From positions 384,001-448,000 of the forward strand of contig CAXMWX010000001.1 in the NCBI GenBank assembly GCA_963422205.2: a stretch of DNA of 64,000 bases. Direction: 5' to 3'. The stretch comes from Gammaproteobacteria bacterium. GTDB taxonomy: Bacteria > Pseudomonadota > Gammaproteobacteria > Eutrophobiales > Eutrophobiaceae. Each line of letters starts with the position of its first letter. Within the stretch, counting starts at the first letter, position 1. A program made the position numbers and the translations under genes. Below the pieces are notes generated by a model. That model was not told the DNA's origin. It searched no databases and worked only from the letters and a program-made list of their open reading frames with translations. Shown here one piece after another: positions 44,838 through 56,200 of this stretch.

Positions 44838-45745
44838 TCAGACACTTCCTGACCTTGAGCGATCTGAGAAAGGCGGAGTTGCTGGCGCTGATTGATGATG
44901 CCCGCCGGCTGAAATCTGCCCTGGCCGAGGGGCATAGGGACCGATCCTGTCTCGGCAAGGTGCTGGCGATGCTGTTTGCCAAGTCGTCCACCCGCACTCG
45001 GGTGGCATTTGAGACAGCGATGGTGCAGATGGGCGGCCATGCCATTTTTCTGTCTGCCCACGATACCCAGTCAGGCCGGGGCGAGCCGGCCGAGGATACC
45101 GCACGGGTGTTGTCCCGGATGGTTGACATTATCATGCTGCGTACGCACTCTCATGCCGAGCTTGCGACCTTTGCGAACTATGCCAGTATCCCGGTGATCA
45201 ACGGCCTGTCTGACAGCCATCATCCCTGTCAGGTGCTGGCCGATATCCAGACTTACATGGAACACCGGGGCCCTATTGAAGGGAGGAAGGTGGCCTGGTT
45301 TGGTGATGGGAACAATATGTGCCATTCCTGGATCGAGGCGGCCGGGCTGCTGGGCTTTGAGCTTGCCATCGCCTGCCCGCCGGCCTACCCGCCTGATGCG
45401 GCTGTCATGGCGGCCGCTGGCGGGCAGGTCACGCTCACCGACAACCCGAAGCAGGCTGCCCGTGGTGCTGATCTGTTGCTGACCGATGTCTGGACCAGCA
45501 TGGGACAGGAAGAGGAGGCACGGATACGGCAACAGGTGTTTGCGCCGTTTCAGGTCAACAGCGATACGATGCAGCAGGCCGCCACAGATGCCTTGTTCAT
45601 GCACTGCCTGCCTGCCCATCGAGGCGAGGAGGTGACTGCCGAGGTGATTGACGGGCCGCAGAGTGTGGTCTGGGATGAGGCGGGCAACCGCCTGCATGCA
45701 CATAAGGCGTTATTGCGTTTTTTGCTTGGCAACGGCGCGCAGTAA
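44834..45745 (+). CDS. argF: Ornithine carbamoyltransferase
   Basis: SSTRTR, HPCQ, SMGQE, HCLP. Confidence 0.97.
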   Translation: MIRHFLTLSDLRKAELLALIDDARRLKSALAEGHRDRSCLGKVLAMLFAKSSTRTRVAFETAMVQMGGHAIFLSAHDTQSGRGEPAEDTARVLSRMVDIIMLRTHSHAELATFANYASIPVINGLSDSHHPCQVLADIQTYMEHRGPIEGRKVAWFGDGNNMCHSWIEAAGLLGFELAIACPPAYPPDAAVMAAAGGQVTLTDNPKQAARGADLLLTDVWTSMGQEEEARIRQQVFAPFQVNSDTMQQAATDALFMHCLPAHRGEEVTAEVIDGPQSVVWDEAGNRLHAHKALLRFLLGNGAQ

Positions 45746-45766
45746 ATCAAGAGATCAGTCACGGGT

Positions 45767-46426
45767 ATGAGCGCTAATTTTCAGGGTATCGGCATGACTT
45801 CGCAGCGCTCCCGCAATCGCCTGGTGGCACAGTTGCGGGACATGGGCATACAGTCAGAACATGTGCTGAACGCCATCGCCAACACCCCAAGACATATCTT
45901 TGTGGATGAGGCGCTCGCCAGTCGGGCGTATGATAATACCGCCCTGCCCATCGGCCATAATCAGACCATCTCCCAGCCCTATATTGTTGCCCGCATGACC
46001 GAGGCGCTGCTGCAACATGGCGGCTTGCAGCGGGTGCTGGAAGTGGGCACAGGGTGCGGCTACCAGACGGTGATCCTGGCGCAATTTGTCGCCGAGGTGT
46101 GCAGCGTGGAGCGCATTGATGCCTTGTTGACCAAGGCCAGAGAGAGATTCCATGCCCTGAAATACCGCAACATCAAGGCAAAACATGGTGATGGTCACCT
46201 GGGCTGGGCCGAATACAGCCCGTTCGATGGTATTCTGGTGGCCGCCGCCCCGGCGGGTGTGCCGCAGTCGCTGGTAGCCCAGTTGGCCATGGGTGGCCGG
46301 CTGGTGATCCCGGTGGGGCAGCGTGGCGAGCAGGCGCTCTTGTGTATCAAACGGACCGAGGACGGGCTGATTGAAGAGCGTCTTGACTGGGTAAGTTTTG
46401 TGCCCATGCTGGATGGGCGAGGCTGA
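45767..46426 (+). CDS. pcm: Protein-L-isoaspartate O-methyltransferase (canonical locus)
   Basis: GIGMTSQR, QTISQPYIVARM; upstream of nlpD-rpoS. Confidence 0.95.
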   Translation: MSANFQGIGMTSQRSRNRLVAQLRDMGIQSEHVLNAIANTPRHIFVDEALASRAYDNTALPIGHNQTISQPYIVARMTEALLQHGGLQRVLEVGTGCGYQTVILAQFVAEVCSVERIDALLTKARERFHALKYRNIKAKHGDGHLGWAEYSPFDGILVAAAPAGVPQSLVAQLAMGGRLVIPVGQRGEQALLCIKRTEDGLIEERLDWVSFVPMLDGRG

Positions 46427-46435
46427 TACGGCCCC

Positions 46436-47310
46436 ATGCGCTTGCCTGGCAGATGCAAACTCCCTATCCTGGCTATTGCCGTGGCGATTGTGCTGATGAT
46501 TTGCCATGGTTGCAGCACAACGGCCACGGCGCCCGTGAGGAGTCAATCAACAGCCAGAGAAACGCCTGACACCCATACCCGCCGTGCCTTGCCAGCCAAA
46601 GAAAACACTGCCACAGCGGCCAGCCACACCGTCAAAAAAGGCGATACGCTGTATTCCATCGCCTGGCGTTACCAGCATGATTATCGCAACATCGCCCGCT
46701 GGAACACCATCAGCAAACCTTACACCATCTACCCCGGCCAGGTGTTGCATCTCATCCCCAAACCAACCCCTGCTGCCATGCCATCCTCAAGCGCAGATAA
46801 AAAGGCCGCCAGATCATTACAGCCAGGGCCTATCGTGGCCGAACAGCTCAAAACAAAACCCGCCAGGCAAAAGCCAGCGATCAGCAAAACAACGCCGCCT
46901 GTCAGCAACCCAAAGGCCAGGGCGTCAAAAGTTGTGGCCAGCATCAGATGGCAATGGCCGGCCAGTGTCCACCTGCTGAAGACAAGCACGGGCAAGCGCA
47001 ATAAAGGCGTTGATTTTAATGGCAGGCAGGGACAGAAAATTTTTGCGGCAGCGGCGGGCGAAGTGGTATACAGTGGCCGTGGGTTACTCGGTTACGGCAA
47101 GCTGATCATTATCAAACACAACGACAGATATTTAAGCGCCTATGCCTACAACAGAAAGCTCCTTGTACAGGAGGGGCAGACAGTCGCCGCCGGCAGCAGA
47201 TCGCCACCATGGGCATCGGCATCAAGGGCTTGCCGACGCTGCACTTTGAGATTCGAAAAGACGGCAAACCCACCAATCCGTTACACTATCTGCCACGCCA
47301 GCAGACCTGA
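46436..47310 (+). pseudogene. nlpD: NlpD (LysM + M23) lipoprotein with a -1 frameshift near 47194
   Basis: Lipobox, [24 protein letters not shown]; true tail [20 protein letters not shown] ends TGA 47308-47310 in another frame. Confidence 0.85.
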
Positions 47311-47317
47311 ACAAAGC

Positions 47318-48286
47318 ATGATCCACTCTGGCAAAGAGACAGACCGAAGTAAGCTGGAAGAGGTGGGGCTTGAGGGGACGTTGACAGAGGATATGGCCGA
47401 GTTGACCGGCGGCACTGACACCACGCTCAATGAATTGAGCCGTGCGGGCGATTTGGATGCCACCCGTCTGTATTTGAACGAAATCGGTTTCTCGCCGCTG
47501 CTGACCGCCGAGGAAGAAGTGCATTATTCCAGGCTGGCATTGCAGGGCGATGAGCGGGCCCGCCAGCGCATGATAGAGAGTAACCTTCGGCTGGTGGTGA
47601 AGATTGCCAAGCGCTACATGAACAGAGGGCTGGCGCTGCTGGATCTGATAGAAGAGGGTAATCTGGGTTTGATCCGGGCGGTGGAGAAATTCGATCCGGA
47701 ACGAGGTTTCAGGTTCTCAACCTATGCCACCTGGTGGATACGGCAAACCATTGAGCGTGCGCTGATGAACCAGACCAGAACGGTGCGGCTGCCCATACAT
47801 GTCATCAAAGAGATCAATATCTACCTGCGTGCCGCCAGGAAACTGGCACAAACCCTGGACCGGGAGCCAAGCACAGAGGATATAGCAGCAATGCTGGATC
47901 AGCCGATTGCGGAGGTGAAAAAACTGCTGGGTTTGAACGAAAGAGTGGCCTCGGTGGACGCCCCTGCCAGCCGTGATAATGATAAATCATTGCTTGAGAC
48001 CATCGCCGATGAACATAATATCGATCCATCTTTGTTGTTACAGGATGACGATGTCAGGCAACACATAGATATCTGGTTAAGCCAGTTGACAGACAAACAA
48101 CGTGCGGTCGTGGAGAGACGCTTCGGTCTGCACGGCAGAGAGGCGGCGACATTAGAGGAAATCGGGCTTGAACTGGGCGTCACCAGAGAGCGAATCCGGC
48201 AAATACAGATCGAGGCGATCAAGCGCCTGCGTCTGATTTTGCGGCGAGAAGGTTTTTCTGTTGATGCCTTGTTTGATGATAGTTAG
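47318..48286 (+). CDS. rpoS: RNA polymerase sigma factor RpoS
   Basis: [41 protein letters not shown]; own ATG at 47318. Confidence 0.95.
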   Translation: MIHSGKETDRSKLEEVGLEGTLTEDMAELTGGTDTTLNELSRAGDLDATRLYLNEIGFSPLLTAEEEVHYSRLALQGDERARQRMIESNLRLVVKIAKRYMNRGLALLDLIEEGNLGLIRAVEKFDPERGFRFSTYATWWIRQTIERALMNQTRTVRLPIHVIKEINIYLRAARKLAQTLDREPSTEDIAAMLDQPIAEVKKLLGLNERVASVDAPASRDNDKSLLETIADEHNIDPSLLLQDDDVRQHIDIWLSQLTDKQRAVVERRFGLHGREAATLEEIGLELGVTRERIRQIQIEAIKRLRLILRREGFSVDALFDDS

Positions 48287-48310
48287 ATCATGCCCGGCGA
48301 TGCTCACCCC

Positions 48311-48688
48311 TCAATTCGCCGCAATGAACAGCAAGGCAACGACCCGCCGGGCTTCGCCTGAGAGAAAATTAAACGAGCGGCAAGCCGCCCCCGTATCCAT
48401 GATCTCCATGCCGATATTGTGTTCAAACAGGGTCTGGCAAATGCCATCAGCCGGATAATGCAAGGTCGCCCCGCTGCCGAATAAAACGATTTCAGGCTGC
48501 ATGGAGATGACTGTATCGAGTTGATGTTGTTGCAACTTGGCAATATGTGCGGGCAGCAGGTCTTCGATAATGCGCTCATCACCGATGATAATGCTGCGTG
48601 TATAAACACGATCAGCCACTGAAACTGACGCATCGGAATAGGCCGTGATGTTAAGCCCGCTGGCGAGCGTGTTCAGTTCCAGTTTCAC
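48311..48688 (-). CDS. Mth938/DUF498-like protein
   Basis: [27 protein letters not shown]. Confidence 0.88.
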   Translation of the reverse strand: MKLELNTLASGLNITAYSDASVSVADRVYTRSIIIGDERIIEDLLPAHIAKLQQHQLDTVISMQPEIVLFGSGATLHYPADGICQTLFEHNIGMEIMDTGAACRSFNFLSGEARRVVALLFIAAN

Positions 48689-48720
48689 TTATCCAGGCGA
48701 TTAAAAGTCGAGGGAAATTT

Positions 48721-49383
48721 ATGAAAATCATATTATTAGGCCCGCCGGGTGCTGGCAAGGGAACACAGGCAAAATTTATCCAGGCCGAGTTTAACATACC
48801 TCAAATCTCCACTGGCGATATGTTACGGGCGGCGGTCAATGCCGGCACGGATCTGGGTCGGCAGGCCAAAGATGTGATGGATGCGGGCGAGTTGGTTTCC
48901 GATGAACTCATTATCGAGCTGGTGAAGGTGCGTATCAAGGCAGATGACTGTGCTGGCGGCTATCTGTTTGATGGCTTCCCCAGAACACTGACACAGGCCA
49001 AAGCCATGCTGGCAAACGACATTGCCATAGACTGTGTGGTTGAGATCCATGTTGATGATGAGGAGATCATAAAACGGCTGGTCGGCAGGCGCATTCATCC
49101 CGGCTCCGGGCGTGTGTATCATATTATCAACAATCCACCAGGGCAGGCAGGCAAAGACGATATGACCGGTGAAGCGCTGATACAAAGAGATGATGACAAA
49201 GAACAAACCGTGCGAAAACGCTTGCAGGTGTATCATCAACAAACAGCACCGTTAATTAAATACTACCAGCATAACGATCAGGATGATGCGCTGAAGGCAA
49301 TTAAATACCTGCGTTTCAGCGGTATGGCAGATGTCGAACAAATCACTGCCGAGATGATCAGCAGTTTGCGTGATTTTGCCTGA
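48721..49383 (+). CDS. adk: Adenylate kinase
   Basis: [31 protein letters not shown]. Confidence 0.98.
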   Translation: MKIILLGPPGAGKGTQAKFIQAEFNIPQISTGDMLRAAVNAGTDLGRQAKDVMDAGELVSDELIIELVKVRIKADDCAGGYLFDGFPRTLTQAKAMLANDIAIDCVVEIHVDDEEIIKRLVGRRIHPGSGRVYHIINNPPGQAGKDDMTGEALIQRDDDKEQTVRKRLQVYHQQTAPLIKYYQHNDQDDALKAIKYLRFSGMADVEQITAEMISSLRDFA

Positions 49384-49588
49384 GTGAGAGCATAAGCAGC
49401 ATGGCTTGCCGATGCCCTTGCCTGTTTGTATGCTTGCCCGTTGGTTGATCCAATGACAGCATTTAAATTTTTTTATAAAAAAGTTAGCAAAAATAAAAAA
49501 CATTACTATAATTGTTACGTTTAATGTGGTTGTGTTGTAGAGAATCAACTTTCAATTCACTAATTTAAGTTCAGGGGAGTCTATTGAT

Positions 49589-49879
49589 ATGGCGAAGAAG
49601 GCGGCAAAGAAACGGCCTGCTAAGAAGAAAGTGGCCAATAGGAAAGTAGCCAGGAAGGTGGCTAAAAAGAAGGTAGCGAAGAAAAAAGTTACCAAGAAAA
49701 AGGCTAAGAAAAAAGTAGCGAAGAAGGCGGCCAAAAAGAAGGCGGCAAAGAAAAAAGCCACCAAGAAGAAAGCTGCCAAGAAAAAGGCCAAGAAAAAAGT
49801 AGCGAAGAAGGCCACTAAAAAGAAAGTGACCAGAAAAAAAGCTGCCAGGAAAAAGGCAACAAAAGCGAAAAAAAAATAA
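49589..49879 (+). CDS. Histone H1-like Lys/Ala-rich basic protein
   Basis: 96 aa of KKKAA/KKKVA pentapeptides with varied codons; GGGGAG RBS; AT-rich upstream region. Confidence 0.8.
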   Translation: MAKKAAKKRPAKKKVANRKVARKVAKKKVAKKKVTKKKAKKKVAKKAAKKKAAKKKATKKKAAKKKAKKKVAKKATKKKVTRKKAARKKATKAKKK

Positions 49880-50092
49880 CGTTCTGGTACGCATAGCGAC
49901 CAGGCAGAGCGCCCAGGCAATCATCAAAGCCCGGCGAGACAAACGTCGAGAGTTAGCCAGGCGGTTAGCTGGCAAGCCGGAATAGAAAACCAGGCTGAAT
50001 CAGAGGACGGAAGTCGGAGGACAGATAGCGGCAGCTGTTTGATCACGGCAACGTGCGTACTCCCCGGACAAGTACACCGGGCAAGCACGGCT

Positions 50093-51290
50093 TTAGTGTG
50101 TCTGCCCGGGGTGTGCGCCAACACGGATCGTCTGGTATGTCCACGCCTGCTCCACCGCCTGATCAGCCGGGATCCCGGCTTTTTGTTTTAATTGTTCAAG
50201 GAAGCGGGCGGGCGATTCGATCGACTCCCATACCGAGGGCAGAAAAGTCGCCTGACGGCGGCCGTTGCTAATAATCAGCCCATCGATTGCCCCGGGCGTA
50301 GTTGCGAGATTAACTCGGCCTCATCGGTGAACTGCACACCGCTGGCAGGTGTCAGGATGGAGAGTTCTATCTCAATATCGGCCAACTCATCTGCCGGGAA
50401 GCGCGGGTCATGAAAGGCCGCCTGCCACGTGCTGTTCACCACGCTATGCACCAGCGGCTCTATCGCCTCGGTCGTGCCCATGCAGCCGCGCAGCCTGCCC
50501 TGTTTATGCAGCGTGACGAAGGTGGCGCGCGCTGGTTAATGCCGCCGGGAAAGAATCCGCATTGACCGCCAGCTTGTTGCCGGATGCAACACCGGTCTTG
50601 AGCGTCCGCCAGGCCAGTTCAAGCAACCCTGCCTTGTCATGCGCCGTGCAGTGTGCCTGTTCGGTCAGCGTGTACGCACCATAGCCCACCACCCGCTCAT
50701 GGCTGCCCGCCGTATCGCCGGAGTTGATGGTCGCCAGCACCGAGATGTGCATCTGCTCATCACGTGCCGGGGCCAGTAAACCGCGCAAAGGCATACAACC
50801 ACAGGCGTGCTGCGGCCCGATTCTCTCCAGCGCAAGATCAGCGATGGCATCTGAGGTGGCCGCATCCATTTTCTGTGCCACCGCATAGGTATGGTAATGG
50901 CTCAGATCGGAGCTGACGATGATCAGCGTCTCTTCACCGCCCCATACCATTTACAGGACTTGCTTGACCTCTTGCGGTGGGGTATGACCACGAGCAGCGG
51001 CAACAGGGCAAACTCATGCAGGCAGGCTTGCAAAAACGGCAGCTGCACTTCCAGGCTGTGTTCCATGTCGTGGGCGGCTTCCAGTACCTACACTTGGGGT
51101 AATGTTTTCAGCCGGGCCATGCTGTGCCAGTCCAGCACAATACGGCCCGGCGGCGTGGCAAAATGACTGTGCTCACTGAGGGCAATCCCCTCCAGTGCCA
51201 CCCGGTGGGCCGGGCCTAACACCACCACCCGCTTGATCTTCTCCTTGACTGTGGCCAGCGTGGCATAGGCCCTGGCGGCGGCATCACCGG
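50093..51290 (-). pseudogene. Decayed AmmeMemoRadiSam protein B+A fusion gene
   Basis: LGPAHRV, EHSLEVQLPFLQ, SSDLSHY, VVGY, FVTL..GRLRGC, DPRF, ATFLPSVWE; two in-frame stops, at least three frameshifts, 5' end missing. Confidence 0.85.
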
Positions 51291-51369
51291 TGTTCGGATC
51301 TGCATCCGGTTTTAATTCAACATGAATGGTCAACTTATCCAGGTTACCGCTGCGCTTGATCTCGATTTG

Positions 51370-52431
51370 CTAACCCGGCGACTTTGCATCCAGATAAGCG
51401 AGCAGTTCAGCATAAGCCTCTGGATAACAGGCATCAAAATCCTGTTTGTATTTCCGATAGACAATGGCCGCTGTCTCTCTGGTGTAATGGTCTTTCCATT
51501 CATCCCTGTGGGCTTGTGACTTGCGGTGATGAGGCAGGGGGTTTAAGTGGTACTTTTCTCTGATGGGTTCAAATTCTTTGATGAGGTTTTCATACCGACC
51601 GATAAAGTCAGGCGATGGCTGGTTTTTTTTGTATAGACAGAAATATTGACCGGTAAAATGTTCGTCGGTCAAACACATGGGAATTTTGTTTATTTTCTTT
51701 ATGAACGTCTCAAAGTCTTTTACCTGCCTTAAATACCCGCCCAGATAATACTGGTAGTATGAGACCATAATCCTTTCCTTATAACAGGAATAGAGCCTGG
51801 AGAAAGGATTGCGGACAAAAGTAAATTTGAAATAATCCACACTCTCCGGCAATGATCGTAAATTTCTCTGCGTGAAATTTGTTCCTTGTCCAGCAGGTTC
51901 ATCAAGCAGCGCTTCCCGAAGTGAGGTACTGGCATTCTTGCATAGATTGAAGTAGATGATATTCCTTTTCTCATCGATCACATAGTCACTGCCCCGGTAG
52001 TGAGGTATGCCCTGGTGGTTGAGTATAATAAGACGTACTGCCGACCATACAGGCTCTGGCAGGTGTTTTTTCAGCAGCGCCTTGAGTTTGGCGGTCTGCG
52101 GTCTGCGGTCTGCGGTCTGCGGTCTGCGGTCTGCGGTCTGCGGTCTGCGGTCTGCGGTCTGCGGTCTGCGGTCTGCGGTCTGCGGTCTGCGGTCTGCGGT
52201 CTGCGGTCTGCGGTCTGCGGTCTGCGGTCTGCGGTCTGCGGTCTGCGGTCTGCGGTCTGCGGTCTGCGGTCTGCGGTCTGCGGTCTGCGGTCTGCGGTCT
52301 GCGGTCTGCGGTCTGCGGTCTGCGGTCTGCGGTCTGCGGTCTGCGGTCTGCGGTCTGCGGTCTGCGGTCTGCGGTCTGCGGTCTGCGGTCTGCGGTCTGC
52401 GGTCTGCGGTCTGCGGTCTGCGGTCATTCAT
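51370..52431 (-). CDS. Sulfotransferase family 2 protein with N-terminal (DRRPQTA)16 tract
   Basis: KNASTS PAPS-binding motif, [27 protein letters not shown]. Confidence 0.88.
   Translation of the reverse strand: MNDRRPQTADRRPQTADRRPQTADRRPQTADRRPQTADRRPQTADRRPQTADRRPQTADRRPQTADRRPQTADRRPQTADRRPQTADRRPQTADRRPQTADRRPQTADRRPQTAKLKALLKKHLPEPVWSAVRLIILNHQGIPHYRGSDYVIDEKRNIIYFNLCKNASTSLREALLDEPAGQGTNFTQRNLRSLPESVDYFKFTFVRNPFSRLYSCYKERIMVSYYQYYLGGYLRQVKDFETFIKKINKIPMCLTDEHFTGQYFCLYKKNQPSPDFIGRYENLIKEFEPIREKYHLNPLPHHRKSQAHRDEWKDHYTRETAAIVYRKYKQDFDACYPEAYAELLAYLDAKSPG
52090..52425. repeat. Heptamer SSR (GCGGTCT / GACCGCA), 48 units
   Basis: 336 bp: 47 perfect GACCGCA units plus GACCGCC on the minus strand. 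Confidence 0.95.
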
Positions 52432-52522
52432 AATGTTCTACCAGAAAACAGCGTACTTGGCAAGCTGGCTCTGATGTTGGCCGGGAGGGTCTGGCGGCAG
52501 ATATACTACCGCTGCCGGCGTT

Positions 52523-52953
52523 AAGTTCAAGGGCGAGTTTTACCAGTTGCTCAACGATAGCCAGATCGCCCATCTATACACCTATCCCAAAACCCCAAAA
52601 ATGAATGCCGTGGTTGGTGAGCTTGCCGAACCATCTGCGAGCGTTCTAATCGCACCATGGTTGGTGAGCCTGTCGAACCATTCAAGAGCAGTCCTGCCTG
52701 TGCGTGTCCGCACGCAGACAGGTCGTGGACTTCCATGAACAGCTGCTGTTTGAAGACCTGCACCTGTTCAATGAAAAACTGGCCGACCTGCCTGTGCGTC
52801 CCTTCACGCAGACAGGCTGACTGGTCAAATATAACGGACTAAGACCACACAAGGGACTGGGATTACGAACACCAGTGCAGTACATTTGGTTGGTGAGCTT
52901 GTCGAACCCTATCCAGCACAACAAAAAGTGCAGTATGTGGTGGACTCATAACA
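52523..52953 (+). mobile_element. Integrase-core (IS481/IS3-like) transposase 3' relic interrupted by five palindromic inserts
   Basis: After removing inserts: YTYPKTPKMNAVCERSNRTIQEQF...LAD*LVKYNGLRPHKGLGLRTPVQY...MWWTH; ends in CA. Confidence 0.8.
52611..52909 (+). repeat. Three type-A inserts (52611-52633, 52658-52680, ~52887-52909) and two type-B inserts (52693-52722, 52787-52816)
   Basis: A core: GGTTGGTGAGCYTGYCGAACC; B: CCTGCCTGTGCGT-N5-CACGCAGACAGG; both imperfect hairpins. Confidence 0.85.
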
Positions 52954-52958
52954 ACCGC

Positions 52959-52987
52959 TTGAAATACCGCAAGCCAGCCTGTAGTAT
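52959..52987 (+). promoter_or_regulatory. Sigma70 promoter of tRNA-fMet
   Basis: TTGAAA-17 nt-TAGTAT followed by GC-rich discriminator. Confidence 0.75.
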
Positions 52988-52999
52988 GCGCTACCACGA

Positions 53000-53076
53000 T
53001 GCGGGGTGGAGCAGTCTGGCAGCTCGTCGGGCTCATAACCCGAAGGTCGCAGGTTCAAATCCTGCCCCCGCTACCA
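53000..53076 (+). tRNA. Initiator tRNA-fMet(CAT)
   Basis: TCGGG-CTCATAA-CCCGA with three G-C pairs, unpaired 1:72 (T:T), CCA end. Confidence 0.96.
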
Positions 53077-53272
53077 TGTCTGCTGCCAGCATCCAGCCTG
53101 CTTCCATCCAACAAATTCACCGCCATAGCGCAAATAAGACGGCAACGACGTCCTTACAGGATAAGGACGGCCTGTCTTATAATAACAAGCAAAAGGGCGA
53201 TGGCTGGTAGCCGTTGCTGTCACATGCGTGAATTGCAAAGCAGCGCAGTCGAGAGAAGCACAACATGGCTAA

Positions 53273-56200
53273 TTGATCGTGAATGAGCAATACATTGAAG
53301 ATAAGCTGATCGGCAAGCTGTCTGATCTCAAATACACCCACCGCCCGGACATTCGCGACCGCGCTACGCTGGAGCGCAACTTCCGGCAAAAATTCGAGAC
53401 GCTGAATCGCATCACACTCACCGATGCCGAATTCAAACGACTCCTTGACGATATTGTCACGTCAGATGTCTATGATGCCGCTAACCGACTCAGAAACCGG
53501 CAAACCTTCATACGGGAAGACGGCACACCGCTCAATTATACCCTCGTCAATCTCACGGACTGGTGCAAAAACGATTTTGAGGTCATCAACCAGCTCCGCA
53601 TGAATACGGACTACAGCCATCATCGTTACGATGTGGAACTCCTTATCAACGGTATTCCCGTTGTCCAGATCGAGCTGAAGACGCTTGGCATCAGTCCGCG
53701 CCGCGCCATGGAACAGATCGTCGAATACAAAAACGATCCCGGCAATGGTTACACCCGAACGCTTTTGTGCTTTGTCCAACTGTTCATCGTCAGCAACCGC
53801 GACCACACCTTCTATTTTGCCAACAACAACCATGCTCACTTTACCTTCGATGCGGACGAGCGTTTCCTGCCCGTCTATGAGTTTGCGGACGAGGACAACA
53901 GGAAAATCACCCACCTCGATGACTTTGCCGCCCGCTTTCTTCAGAAGTGCGATCTTGGCCGGACCATCAGCCGCTACATGGTGCTCATCCAGAGCGAGCA
54001 AAAGCTCATGGTCATGCGGCCCTATCAGGTCTATGCCGTGCAGCAAATCGTCAAGTGCATCGAAGACGATGCGGGCAACGGCTACATCTGGCACACCACC
54101 GGCAGCGGCAAGACCTTAACCTCCTTCAAGGCCGCAACGCTGCTCAAGCAGAACGATGACATCCACAAATGCCTGTTCGTGGTTGACCGCAAAGACCTCG
54201 ACCGCCAGACCCGCGAGGAGTTCAACCGCTTTCAGGAAGGCTGCGTCGAAGAGAACACCAACACCGAAACGCTCGTCCGCCGGCTGTACTCTCGGGACTA
54301 TGCGGACAAGGTCATCGTCACCACCATCCAGAAGCTCGGCCTGGCGCTGGATAAAGACAGCAGGCGCAACCGGCAGCGCAAGCGCAACCACGAGCCGACT
54401 TACAAGCAACTGCTGGAGCCACTCAGCGACAAACGCCTGGTCTTCATCTTCGATGAATGCCACCGCTCGCAATTCGGCGAAAACCACAAAGCCATCAAGG
54501 CGTTTTTCCCCAAAGCCCAGCTATTTGGCTTCACCGGCACGCCGATATTTGAACAGAACGCGACCAGCACGCAGGTGACCGACGAGCTTGCCACCCTGCG
54601 TACCACCGAAGACCTGTTCCAGAAGCAACTGCACGCCTACACCATCACCCACGCCATCGAGGATAAGAACGTCCTGCGCTTTCATGTGGATTACTTCAAA
54701 CCCAATGAAGAAGACGGCAAGCACAACAAAGACGGCAACGACGACAGGCACGACAAAAAGCCACCGAAGCCCGAAGAGGGCATCGCCAAGCGCGCCGTCA
54801 TCGAAGCCATCCTGACCAAGCACGACACCGCCACTGTCGAACGCCGTTTTAACGCCATCCTCGCCACCGCCTCGATCAATGATGCCATCGCCTACTATGA
54901 TCTGTTCAAACAGATGCAAACTCGGCGACAGCAAGAAGACCCCGAGTTTCAGCCGCTGAACATCGCCTGCGTTTTCTCCCCGCCCGCCGAGGGCGACAAA
55001 GACGTGATCCAGATTCAGGAAGACCTGCCACACGAAAAACAGGACAACGCCGTTGAACCGGAAAAGAAAAAAGCCGCCCTGAAGGACATTCTGAACGACT
55101 ACAACGACCGCTATGGTGCGAACCACACGATCAGCGAATTTGACCTCTACTACCAGGACATCCAGAAACGCATCAAAGACCATCAATGGCCCAATGCCGA
55201 CTTCCCCCGGGCGCAGAAAATCGACATCACCATCGTTGTTGATATGCTGCTCACCGGCTTCGATTCCAAATACCTGAACACCCTGTACGTGGACAAGAAC
55301 CTTCAGCACCACGGCCTGATTCAGGCTTTCTCGCGCACCAATCGCGTGCTCAACGACACCAAGCCCAACGGCAACATCCTCGACTTTCGCGGGCAGCAAG
55401 CCCGCGTGGATGCCGCTATTGCGCTGTTCTCCGGCGAGAAAACCGCCGAGCAGGCGCGGGAAATCTGGCTGGTGGACAAGGCGCCCGTGGTCATCGGGAA
55501 GCTGGAGGCCGCCGTGCAGCAGCTCAGCGGTTTCATGAAATCCCAGGGCCTCGAAACCGCCCCCAAAGCTGTGCCAAACCTGAAAGGTGATGCCGCCCGC
55601 GCCGGGTTCATCAATCACTTCAAGGAAGTCCAGCGCCTGAAGACCCAGCTTGACCAGTACACAGACCTCACAGAAGACAACAAAGCCGCCATCGAGCGGG
55701 TGCTGCCGGATGAACAGCACCGCGGCTTCAAGGGTGCTTATCTCGACACGGCCCAACGATTGAAGGCGCAGCAGGGCAGGGGCAAGAGTCAAGGTGAGGG
55801 CAATGAGCCGGCGGATACCCGTAACACCACCCAACTGGATTTTGAATTCGTGCTCTTCGCCTCCGCCCTCATTGACTACGACTACATCATGCGCCTTATG
55901 ACCAGGTTCTCGGCCAACGCACCGGGCAAATCGAAAATGACCCATGAGCAGCTTATCGGCCTGATCAGCGCAGATGCCAAGTTTATGGACGAGCGCGAGG
56001 ACATCGCCGCCTACATCGCCACGCTCAAGCCCGGTGAGGGTCTCAGCGAAACCGCCATCCGCGAGGGATACACCCGCTTCAAGGCCGAGAAGAACGCCGC
56101 CGAACTTGCCGCCATCGCCGCAAGGCACGGCCTTGCAACCGAAGCCTTGCAGACCTTCGTGGATAGCATCCTTAGCCGCATGATCTTCGATGCCGAAAAG

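Noticed and set aside
46436-48286. 616-aa NlpD-RpoS fusion in the ORF track
   Set aside because: A one-base deletion near 47194 explains it; the normal NlpD tail, its stop and the rpoS ATG are all present
49880-50092. Structured ncRNA after the histone-like gene
   Set aside because: Only short hairpins and a few degenerate heptamers; no tmRNA, RNase P, SRP or 6S hallmarks recognised
50165-50190. Terminator-like AGCCGGGATCCCGGCTTTTT
   Set aside because: Lies inside the amrA coding tail (KQKAGIPAD) on the minus strand; may be coincidental
51370-51372. Programmed TAG readthrough from sulfotransferase into amrB
   Set aside because: Downstream frame is a decayed chimera with further stops
52000-52524. 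Plus-strand (GLRSAVC)n ORFs
   Set aside because: Stop-free by-products of the heptamer repeat
52611-52909. Mini CRISPR array
   Set aside because: Spacing is irregular, two repeat types, intervening DNA is one contiguous transposase frame, no cas genes in window
54521-56128. Long antisense ORFs (also 5336-6742, 8249-9451)
   Set aside because: Shadows of GC3-rich genes on the other strand; no recognisable motifs
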